This document shows positions 10,901-18,200 of a stretch of DNA of 64,000 nt, piece by piece. Both the position numbers and the translations under genes were made by a program. How positions within the stretch are numbered: the first letter of the stretch is position 1; each line of letters starts with the position of its first letter. The stretch lies in assembly GCA_903917705.1 (NCBI GenBank), contig CAIXBQ010000093.1, positions 12,268 to 76,267 on the forward strand. The letters are read 5' to 3'. Source of the DNA: an uncultured Verrucomicrobia subdivision 3 bacterium. Its GTDB lineage: Bacteria > Verrucomicrobiota > Verrucomicrobiia > Limisphaerales > UBA11358. The notes under the pieces were generated by a model that was given only the letters and a program-made list of their open reading frames with translations, ran no database searches and had not been told where the DNA came from.

Positions 10901-11391
10901 TCCGGCAGTTCTTTGGATTTGAAAAGGATGCTCAGGACGGCGATGCGCACGTTCAAGCCGCCGCCCGCCGGTAGCGCGCCCACCGCTGCGTGCAGGCCGC
11001 CAAACCGCTGGCCCAGCGTGTCGAGTTCTTTGAGCAGCTCCTTCACCTCGGCGGGCAGACGCGCCAAGCCGCGCGCCGTCTCGCCGGTCTTGGGAAACTT
11101 GGTGTCCACCCAGAGGTGGCGCAGCATCTTTTCCAGATGGGATTTGCCGCTGCCGTAGAAGCCGCTGATCCATGCGGCGAGCTGCGTGGCCGAGTTGATG
11201 CCGCTGATGTAGGACTCCAGAATCCGCACGATGCCGTCCTTGTACTGCCCCTCGCAGACGAAGTGGGAAAGCTCGTAGCGCAGCGTTTCCAGCTCCTGCT
11301 CGGTGGCCGCGTCCTTGACGGCGGCCACGCCGTCATTCAGCAGTTTTGAAGTCGTCGGGTCACGTTGAAACAGTTCCTTGTTTTTAATCAT
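7942..11391 (-). CDS. brxC: BREX P-loop ATPase BrxC
   Basis: 1149 aa; Walker A WISGFYGSGKSH, Walker B VIVLDEIQ, DYPLLP, PYGWPRDA; coiled-coil C-terminus. Confidence 0.93.
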   Translation of the reverse strand: MIKNKELFQRDPTTSKLLNDGVAAVKDAATEQELETLRYELSHFVCEGQYKDGIVRILESYISGINSATQLAAWISGFYGSGKSHLEKMLRHLWVDTKFPKTGETARGLARLPAEVKELLKELDTLGQRFGGLHAAVGALPAGGGLNVRIAVLSILFKSKELPESLPQAQFCLWLQKNGMFAKVKKTVEAAGKNFYRELNDLYVSPVVAKALLAADPEFASDERKAKEALRAQFPRRETVTDEEFIRLIREVLEENGKLPCTVIVLDEIQLYIGDNTQRSLDVQMVAEAICKQLDSRVLLIGAGQTALAGQDSLLQRLRDRFKISVELSDADVETVTRRVVLAKKADKRKAIEDMLDSNAGEIDRHLSATKIGARDDDKRIRVDDYPLLPVRRRFWEKVLRAIDVQGTTAQLRSQLRIVHDAVSGLADKPLGTVLAADCVFDQLQADLLRSQFLPREMDETIRNLRDGTEDGNLASRLCGLIFLIRKLPREKVADIGVRATPEMLADLLVENLEKDGPRLRREIPRILEKLVAESKLIKIDDEYSLQTRESGEWENEFRKKLAAMNGDLAGVNNRRAALLNAECLKTLNSVRMTHGLSKTARDLKIHYGSDAPAASGTEVPVWIRDGWGDAEKVVLTDAQKAGTDGATVFVHIPKASADDLKKAIVEFEAAKQTLEFKGAPTTIEGNDARSAMETRRATAESNRDRIIRELIGTAKVFKGGGTEVLGLDLIEKVKSAAEDSLDRLFPQFRDADDNRWGSVINRAKGKDANALQAVDHKDNPEKHPVSVAVLAAIGSGKKGKDIRDQFENAPYGWPRDAVDAVLITLHTSGHIRAVHKGTVLLAGQLDQSKVPVTDFRSETVAIDVKSRIKLRRLFQDAQVPCKADEEVAAAEKYLAAMDDLAAKAGGDAPLPACPDTNVLETIRALAGNEMLAAILSEHDALKKHLEKWQALAALAKKRKPSWDTLEKLLGYAAGLPEAVELQQEADAVRNERRLLEDGDPVPSIHSKVVKLLRAALKKAHSAATEVYEREMTALDANANWKKLTAAQCEQLLKDARLSPLKELTIGDDAGLIAELSAQSLAVWATAADALPERFRQAALAAARLLEPKTQRVSLSSSTLKSPDDVTAWLETTKADLLEKIKKGPVVVG

Positions 11392-11948
11392 AGTTCGCCT
11401 CCGCTATGCAATGTGATGGGTACCGCCAGATAGTTCCAGCCGTCACGGGCATCCAAAAGCCGGTAGTTCTGGTTTTCGTATTCGCCCGGAAAGAACAGCA
11501 CCAGCCGCCCCCGGATGTCGTTTTCAACTTCCTTGAGCAGCATCGACACGCGGGCGAAGCCGTACAGGCTGGCCACCCCGCAGGCGGCGACCACGGTGTT
11601 GTCGTCCGCCTTGGCGTTGGTCAGCGCCTCGCGCAACTGCCCCGCCGCGTGGTGCAGAAAATCTGTCTCGAGCTTCATCGTCAAGTCGAACGGGTTCTGG
11701 AAGTACTCTTCGCGGTAATCAGTGGCCGCCATCCAGCGCGCAAAGACCGACGTGAAGTCAAAGGGCAGCCAGCCGTGGCCGGATTCCTTGGTGGCCAGCT
11801 CGAAGAGTTCCAGCCGCGCCCGCAGGCGGCGCTCGTCCGTCTTGGGATATACGACGAAAATGGCTTTTTGGGCACCGGCCAGATTGCGCTGCCAAGGCGC
11901 TGCAATATGCGACTTGTAGCCCGCCACCAGTTCTTCAATGTGCGCCAT
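11388..11948 (-). CDS. brxB: BREX protein BrxB (DUF1788)
   Basis: 186 aa; GVASLYGF...LVLFFPGEY...YRLLDARDGWNYLA; ATGA overlap with brxC. Confidence 0.88.
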   Translation of the reverse strand: MAHIEELVAGYKSHIAAPWQRNLAGAQKAIFVVYPKTDERRLRARLELFELATKESGHGWLPFDFTSVFARWMAATDYREEYFQNPFDLTMKLETDFLHHAAGQLREALTNAKADDNTVVAACGVASLYGFARVSMLLKEVENDIRGRLVLFFPGEYENQNYRLLDARDGWNYLAVPITLHSGGEL

Positions 11949-12801
11949 GCGTTAGCCTTTTTTCCTTTTCGGTTAAAATCCCATCGAACGAAACCACCAG
12001 CATGCCGCCGCCGGACTTGATGTCCAGCAGCCCCAGCCGCTTGGCGTCCATCGCCATGAAGGAGAGATCGTTCGCATCCCGGTCGAGCAGCCGCGCGAAC
12101 AGCGTCTCAAACAGACCCGGCCCGCGCACGCCCAGCAGGTATCCCATCAGGAGCGCGAAAGCGACCGCGCCCGGCGTCGGCGTGACGGTTAGGCGTCGTT
12201 TACGGCTGCGCCCGTCCAGATGCCCGGATTGCGTCCACGACGATGCCGCATTGCGCACCACCTTGTCCAGCGTCGCGTCGTTCAGGCGCCCGGCCACGGC
12301 GGCCCGGATGGCGTCCGTGAACTTCTGCCGCGCGATCTCATCGCCGCTGGCCAGCGCCAGCACAGGGGGCGCCGTGGCCCGTAACAGCGGATCGCGCGCC
12401 AGTGACAGCAGCAGCGCGATCAGTCCATGCGCTTTTTCGTCGGCATACCAGAAGTGGCGGGCGACGCGGAACAGCGTCACCTTGTCGTCCAGCGTATACA
12501 GCTCGGTCAGCCGCTGGAGGGTGATCTTGCGGGTGGATTGGGTGTGCTTGCCGAGACAGTTTTCGGCGACGATGGCGGCCACGTAGTCAGCTCTGGTGGC
12601 CTGCGGCCTGCAAACGCGCAGGGCGCCCGACAACTCGTCCAGCATGATGGTGCGGCTGGTGTGCGTGCCAGTATCTCCGAAACGGAAGCCTAACTGCTCG
12701 GCCTGCGTTTTGGCGACGTCGGCCACTTGGCCAAGCCCAATTTGGATCGGGTCACGGTACATCGTGTGGTTTGACGGCTGGTTTGCCGTCAAAGTGTCCA
12801 T
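11935..12801 (-). CDS. brxA: BREX protein BrxA-like DNA-binding protein (start may be ATG 12,762)
   Basis: First gene of the operon and overlaps the brxB start; helical protein with ENCLGKxT and SSWTQSGHL. The name rests mostly on position. Confidence 0.72.
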   Translation of the reverse strand: MDTLTANQPSNHTMYRDPIQIGLGQVADVAKTQAEQLGFRFGDTGTHTSRTIMLDELSGALRVCRPQATRADYVAAIVAENCLGKHTQSTRKITLQRLTELYTLDDKVTLFRVARHFWYADEKAHGLIALLLSLARDPLLRATAPPVLALASGDEIARQKFTDAIRAAVAGRLNDATLDKVVRNAASSWTQSGHLDGRSRKRRLTVTPTPGAVAFALLMGYLLGVRGPGLFETLFARLLDRDANDLSFMAMDAKRLGLLDIKSGGGMLVVSFDGILTEKEKRLTHGAH

Positions 12802-12821
12802 GAACCGATTTCAGTGGTCAA
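12770..12821 (-). promoter_or_regulatory. Putative BREX promoter with an adjacent 9-bp inverted repeat
   Basis: Minus strand reads TTGACC-17 bp-GACACT, followed by TTTGACGGC-N6-GCCGTCAAA (12,770-12,793). Confidence 0.4.
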
Positions 12822-13040
12822 CAGGAGATTTTCATGGCTGGGGATTGGTTGTAGACACTCGCTTTCCACGGTCACGCGCCCGGCGGCGGACTGCCTGAAT
12901 TGGCGGGTTGCTGACAGCCGCACGGGATCGGCTTCGCTGACGTCACACCATGGTAAGCTTAACTGGACGTGGTCGCCGGACGTAATCCGCAGCTGCGACA
13001 GTTCTGGGTGAACGGTCTGGGACTGCAAAGTGCGTATCAC

Positions 13041-14927
13041 TCACTGGCTAGTGCCGGGAGGGTCTTTCTGGAAGGTCTCCAGCGCGATCAGGAAGGGTTC
13101 TTCCAAATCCATGTGCAGGTCATGCTCCGGGGCAATCCGTTTAAAACCGGCGAACATCAGGCACATGAGATGCAGGCCGGTGAACTTTTCCCCCGGCAGC
13201 GACTTGAGCGCGTACTTGGCATCAGGTGAGGCGTAGTCCAGCCCGGACTGGCCGACGATGCCGATCTCGAAGGCGACGTCGCGAATCTTCTCCACGGGCA
13301 GCCGGTTGAAGCGCTTCAGGGCGTCAAGGCAGTAGAACACCGCTGGCATCTGCTTTTTGCGCAGCAGGTCGGGATTGGTTGTGCCTTCCGTCGGCTGCGT
13401 GCCGGTGATTTCATGACTGCCGGGATCGGCGCACCACTCAAACCAGCCGCGCAGGCCGAGCAGGTCGGCGAACTCTTCCACCAGTGTATACTCGTCGCCG
13501 GGTCCAAGCTGGGCGGAGCGGGACTGCCAGAGCCGGAACAGCCGCTGAGAAAGTGAGAAGGCTTCTTCACGCTGATAGCTCGCGGCGTAGGCCGTGGCCC
13601 CCCGATAGAGCTGGTCAACGAACAGCGCGTATGCGCCGTTCAACGCCAGACTGGCCCGGAGGATCAGCGGCGGGGTCAGCTGGCGCACCTCGGGATTGGT
13701 GTTGGACTGGAGGGCGTCCGCCACGCTGGTGCGCAGGGAAACAAACTGGGCGGCGGCCAAGGCTGGCATCCGTTCGCGCAGGCGCGTCTCAATGACCATG
13801 TCGAGCGGGCAGTTGAACAGAAAGTTGGCCGTGCCGTGAATCCACTGCCGGGTCATTGTGCTCAGGGTATTAGCGGGCAGGCCGCGCCGTTCGAGCTTGA
13901 GCAACTCGTTCTGTATACGCTTTGCGGCAAAGGCGTCGGTGCTGCCGGTGGTGCTGAAAAAGCGGTTTTTCCCCGCCGACCGGGCCTCCGCCTCCAGTTG
14001 CAGATGTGTCAGCTCGTGCGCCAGCAGGTGGCACCGAAGAGGGTCGGGCGTCCCCGTACGAACCTTGACGACGTGGTGGTTGCGGCCATGTTTCCACGCC
14101 ATCTGGATGACCGCCAAAGTGGTGTCGGGAAAATCGTCCTCGGTCACGCGCACCGGGAAACCGGATGCCTGCTCCATCTCAGCGCGGAAGTTCTCGACGA
14201 CTTTGAAGGCGTCCGGGTGCTGCCGGGGTGCCAATTCGGCCTGCACCGCGCCGTAAAGCTGCCGGGCGTTGTCGTATACCACCTTTGACCGGGCGTCAAC
14301 CGGGCGGGAATTGGCAAACATCCGGTCAAGCGACTGACCGGCACGTTCATGCTGGCTTGCGCGATAATGAGTCAGTGCAAGGCCGTGGTGCGGGTTGGGC
14401 AGGTCGGGCTTGGCGGCAATCGCCTGCTCGAACAACTTCAAGGCCGGTTCCGTCTGGCCGCGCTGGGCCGTGATGGTCGCCAGCCCGGTCAAGGCCCAAG
14501 GATCAGCCGGGTCGATGTCCAGAGCGCGCCGGAAGAACTTCTCCGCCGTGGGCCAGTCCGTGGGTTGCCCTGCGTACAGGTTCCCCAGCACGACCCAGCC
14601 CCAAGCGTCCGCCGGGTTCAGCCGCAGCAGTTCGATGAGATGGTTTTTGGCTCCGTCAACGTCGCCCGTCTCCGCGCTCGCCATCGCCAGATCACGCCGG
14701 GCCTTGTGCAGCAGGGGATTCAGCTCCAGCACCCGCTTCCAGAGCGAGATGGCCTTGGGATAATCGCCCTCGGACGCCCGCTTGGCCGCCCGGTCGGCCA
14801 GCTTTTCCGCCTCCATCAGGGCGGCGGCGTTGCCGTCCGCAAAAGTAATGGTGACGGAATCGTCAGCGACCACGACTTGCAGGGGCTGGCGCAGGAACGC
14901 AAACTGCCGCCGCGCCATCGCCTCCAC
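13041..14927 (-). CDS. TPR-repeat protein with a C-terminal HEXXH zincin-like domain; probably missing its native start (frame stays open to ~15,013)
   Basis: Several TPR helix pairs (KAISLWKRVLELNP, AEKFFRRALDIDP, ALKLFEQAIAAKP) and LLAHELTHL. Confidence 0.8.
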   Translation of the reverse strand: MEAMARRQFAFLRQPLQVVVADDSVTITFADGNAAALMEAEKLADRAAKRASEGDYPKAISLWKRVLELNPLLHKARRDLAMASAETGDVDGAKNHLIELLRLNPADAWGWVVLGNLYAGQPTDWPTAEKFFRRALDIDPADPWALTGLATITAQRGQTEPALKLFEQAIAAKPDLPNPHHGLALTHYRASQHERAGQSLDRMFANSRPVDARSKVVYDNARQLYGAVQAELAPRQHPDAFKVVENFRAEMEQASGFPVRVTEDDFPDTTLAVIQMAWKHGRNHHVVKVRTGTPDPLRCHLLAHELTHLQLEAEARSAGKNRFFSTTGSTDAFAAKRIQNELLKLERRGLPANTLSTMTRQWIHGTANFLFNCPLDMVIETRLRERMPALAAAQFVSLRTSVADALQSNTNPEVRQLTPPLILRASLALNGAYALFVDQLYRGATAYAASYQREEAFSLSQRLFRLWQSRSAQLGPGDEYTLVEEFADLLGLRGWFEWCADPGSHEITGTQPTEGTTNPDLLRKKQMPAVFYCLDALKRFNRLPVEKIRDVAFEIGIVGQSGLDYASPDAKYALKSLPGEKFTGLHLMCLMFAGFKRIAPEHDLHMDLEEPFLIALETFQKDPPGTSQ

Positions 14928-14991
14928 GACCGCCGCTTCGGGCCGCTGGCCGGGAACCGGCTGGCTGGCGAACTCAAACAGGTCGTTGAGT

Positions 14992-15441
14992 GACTTTACG
15001 CACTTCCTGAGCCTCTACGGGCCGGACAAGCTGCCCGACGGCGACCGGCTGCGGTCGATGATGAACCGGCTCGTGTTCGGCGTGGAAGGCTGGGATGACG
15101 ACCCCCGTGAAATCCACATGATCCCAGAAGTTCGTCGGTTCTACACGGCGCTTCATCTGGCGTGGCCATACTGGCTCTATTTCTGCAACCTCGACGTAGA
15201 CACCCTCCGGGCGATGACCATGTGCTGCATGCCCGCGCTCGATGTGATGCAGGTGGACGGGCAGGTGCAGGTGCGCGTTGCCTGTGACTCGGTGAAACTC
15301 CTTCGCTTTGTCGCGGATGATTTTACGCCCATGAACAGCATGTGCGAGCGCGCAGGCATGTCAGAGCGGGAAATTTATGACCGGACCAAGGCCGTGTTCG
15401 AGTACTTCGGCTTCCCGTTCGATGCGCCGCCGCCAGAATGA
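14992..15441 (+). CDS. CRR6/DUF1817-like protein, apparently 5'-truncated (first in-frame ATG at 15,058)
   Basis: DDDPREIHMIPEVRRFY...WPYWLYF resembles the CRR6/DUF1817 core. Upstream of ~14,992 the frame is simply antisense of the TPR gene. Confidence 0.6.
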   Translation, partial: DFTHFLSLYGPDKLPDGDRLRSMMNRLVFGVEGWDDDPREIHMIPEVRRFYTALHLAWPYWLYFCNLDVDTLRAMTMCCMPALDVMQVDGQVQVRVACDSVKLLRFVADDFTPMNSMCERAGMSEREIYDRTKAVFEYFGFPFDAPPPE

Positions 15442-15457
15442 CGCGGTTCGAAGCCGG

Positions 15458-15817
15458 TCAAACGTCCTCAAGCCGCACCGTCACACCACGAAAGCCGCGC
15501 GCTTTCTTGCCATCCACGTCGATGAGCGAGTGCGTCGGGCGGACGCCGAAAGCGTTATTCATCACGCGTGGAAGAAGGCGGAGCACCTGCCCACGCTTCA
15601 GCCGTGGCGTCTCGCCAGCGGCGGCTACTTCGCCGTAAAACGTGGCAATTGCGGCGCTGGTCATCTCGGCACCATGTTCTCGACACAGATACCGTGAGGC
15701 GAATCGGGTCACGGGACACGGCGCAGATTGTGCGTTGGACGGTGGTTGCTTCATATCCAGCAGCTCGCCGATCAGTTTGTGAAGGCGACGCAGTTTTTTT
15801 AATTGCACCTCTGTCAT
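15458..15817 (-). CDS. Small hypothetical protein resembling a primase/helicase C-terminal winged-helix domain
   Basis: 119 aa from ATG 15,817; ends ...DGKKARGFRGVTVR, like the C-terminal wHTH ends of P4/D5-type primases. Confidence 0.5.
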   Translation of the reverse strand: MTEVQLKKLRRLHKLIGELLDMKQPPSNAQSAPCPVTRFASRYLCREHGAEMTSAAIATFYGEVAAAGETPRLKRGQVLRLLPRVMNNAFGVRPTHSLIDVDGKKARGFRGVTVRLEDV

Positions 15818-15953
15818 GCCCTTAAATACGAGAGCACCGGCGGAAATCTCGATCCGACCGCACAACGTCCTTGGGACGGGAAATGTTTGTCGATTACGAC
15901 AGTGGCACGGGACATGATCAAAGCGTCCCGGCAGCATGCGTAGTTAACTGTAG

Positions 15954-16850
15954 ATGATCTTCATCACGCCCGACGCGGTTCAGGATTACGCCCCGGCCAG
16001 ATTGCTGCCACGGGAAACCGAACCGTTTCCGTGGACGGTGCCCGACGAACACTTTTTCCGCCTGCTCCAGCATGAGCCATTGCAGATCATGTCGCTGGTC
16101 AGCCGGGTGGCCAAGGCACTGAAGCCGCGCGGCAAAAGGCAGAAGAACGCCTATAAACATGAGGTGATGATGCGCCTGAACACACTGATGAAGCGCGGCA
16201 CATTGCGGCGTTTTCGCGGGCACCTCGTCAGCCTGCCGAACTGGCGGCCCCACGACGGCATGATGGCACGCACGATAACGCTACTCGATATGTACCGGGG
16301 GAGTGTAAACCGGTTCAAAAAGCGCGAAATCAAGCCATCTCTCATTGCCGCAAGGGACAAAGCCCTGCGACTGGCTCTGGCACCCCCCGAAAAACCGAAA
16401 GCGGTACGACGCCTGCGCAAGCCCATTGGCCCGCCGCCAACAGCATTTGAACGGTCGGCGGCGGCTGGTGTACTCGCAAAACGCGAACGCCCAAAAGTCA
16501 ACAAGTGGGCGGGATGTTTTCGAGGTCAACGCATCGGACGCGGTGCCCCATTCCGGCTGATCAACGGCGACGTGCGATCTGTGGTGGCTATTCGTGGCGG
16601 CAAAATTTATGTCTTGGCAAAGATGGATTCGGGACGGATTTTGGACGCCTATGCCTTGAGCGAGGTCAGCCGCATAAAGCACCCGGAGGCGGTTCTGCTT
16701 GGGCATCTCAAGCGCGGCGTCAAAGAGCGCCCCAGCGCCGCCAAGGCCGAGGCAGCCCGGCGCAACGGCTGTCTGCCGCCACGCCCCGGCTCCCGACCGC
16801 GTGGCAGGCCGCGCAGGGGCGCTGGAGCGGGGCTGACGCCGTGTGGTTAG
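15954..16850 (+). CDS. Basic hypothetical protein, probable DNA-binding
   Basis: 298 aa, Arg/Lys-rich; C-terminal SAAKAEAARRNG...RPRGRPRR (AT-hook-like). Confidence 0.6.
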   Translation: MIFITPDAVQDYAPARLLPRETEPFPWTVPDEHFFRLLQHEPLQIMSLVSRVAKALKPRGKRQKNAYKHEVMMRLNTLMKRGTLRRFRGHLVSLPNWRPHDGMMARTITLLDMYRGSVNRFKKREIKPSLIAARDKALRLALAPPEKPKAVRRLRKPIGPPPTAFERSAAAGVLAKRERPKVNKWAGCFRGQRIGRGAPFRLINGDVRSVVAIRGGKIYVLAKMDSGRILDAYALSEVSRIKHPEAVLLGHLKRGVKERPSAAKAEAARRNGCLPPRPGSRPRGRPRRGAGAGLTPCG

Positions 16851-17854
16851 CCTCGGGAGGGCAGAGGGCGGCGATCGGCTTCGGCATTGGTTTTGCAATA
16901 TATTTGATTTTCCTCCCAGTCTCTAAGCTCGTTCTGAATTTTTGCGAGGAGGTTTATCGCCTCTTGTTTTTTCCCCGAGTTGTCGCAGATATTGGAAATC
17001 TGCTGCAGTTGTTTAATCCATTGTTTGAATGGCACCTCTCTGTTGCCAAAAACCAGAGGCTTTGTGCGTTGCGTCTGTTCCTGCTCAGCGCCCCGTGCAT
17101 CGTCCTTTGCCGCCTTGCTCGGCTCCGCGTCCTCGGCGGACTTGTTCTCGCCACCGGTGTTGGCTGGCTTATCCGGTTTGGGTTCCGTGGCGTCGGTGGG
17201 ACGTCGTGTGCCGGTATCAGCTGCCGCCTGCTTCGACTTTTTTTTCGGCATCTTGCGCGTTCTCCCGTCTTGCCCCTTTCTGGTCGTTGAACTGCAATCT
17301 GTTTGCAGTTCCCCGCGCACCTTCTCGACGAATGGCCCAGAAACACGGCACAAACCGGCCAGCGCGCGACTGCTCATGTCGGGCGACAGGAGCAGCATCA
17401 GTTCAACGGCGTGGCGCTTGTCCTTGTTAGTAAAGCGCAGCCCGTGTGTCGCATTCGCCTTGATTGAGTAACGAAGGGCATCCGCGCGCGTGCCGCGCAG
17501 TTTGTACCCCCAGATGAATTCAAGGCCCGCCAGCTTGGCGGCATTGAAGCGATGGAACCCATCAGCTAGAAAAAGTTTGCCGTCGATTTCGAAAACGACG
17601 ATGGCAGAGAATTCGATGCTCTCGTTCATCCAATGGGCGTACTCCTTGACGACTTTCGTGTCGATTTTTGCCCGGCACTGGAGACTTTCGTCCGCTACGA
17701 TTTCGGCGATCGACAACTCTTCCTCGACGGGCTTTGGATGAGTCGCTCCTGACGGGGTCGCATCTTTCGTTGTGCCGGTCGCTTCTACGACTGGTCGTTG
17801 TATTTTGGCGGCGGAGGCCTTTATGGCGTCTGCGAGGGATGGAGGTATGGACAT
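16847..17854 (-). CDS. ParB/Srx N-terminal-domain protein with HTH
   Basis: 335 aa; IVVFEIDGKLFLADGFHRFNAA, NATHGLRFT, SSRALAGLCRVS (HTH). Confidence 0.85.
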   Translation of the reverse strand: MSIPPSLADAIKASAAKIQRPVVEATGTTKDATPSGATHPKPVEEELSIAEIVADESLQCRAKIDTKVVKEYAHWMNESIEFSAIVVFEIDGKLFLADGFHRFNAAKLAGLEFIWGYKLRGTRADALRYSIKANATHGLRFTNKDKRHAVELMLLLSPDMSSRALAGLCRVSGPFVEKVRGELQTDCSSTTRKGQDGRTRKMPKKKSKQAAADTGTRRPTDATEPKPDKPANTGGENKSAEDAEPSKAAKDDARGAEQEQTQRTKPLVFGNREVPFKQWIKQLQQISNICDNSGKKQEAINLLAKIQNELRDWEENQIYCKTNAEADRRPLPSRG

Positions 17855-18200
17855 GATTTTTATTTGGTTTCACCGACGACTTCATTGCCGCCGGATGCCA
17901 TGAAGAACGGCAAGGTCACGATGTTGGAGGGGGAAAGTTGAAAAATCTTTTCAGACCATCAAACGGGGCCAGCGTATACAGTTGCGCCGAACCGGTAGCG
18001 CCGGGCGAAAGCGCATGTCCACCACTACCGTCTGGGCCGCCGTCGAGGGCTGCCATGGCCGACCCGCAGTACCAACCGACCGCGCCGGGCTACTGCCGCA
18101 GCGCTGGGCGGTCAACGGCAACGACTCGGTCGCTGATCGTCAATGCGCCCGCTGCATGTCCGGCCCAACTTCGAGGGCGGCGTATACAGAATCCCCGCGG

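Noticed and set aside
12789-13040. 83-aa ORF between the TPR gene and brxA as a possible regulator
   Set aside because: No HTH, WYL or other motif; it overlaps the likely brxA promoter.
14782-14991. N-terminal part of the 219-aa + ORF
   Set aside because: It is antisense to TPR coding sequence; the protein-like segment begins only at ~14,992.
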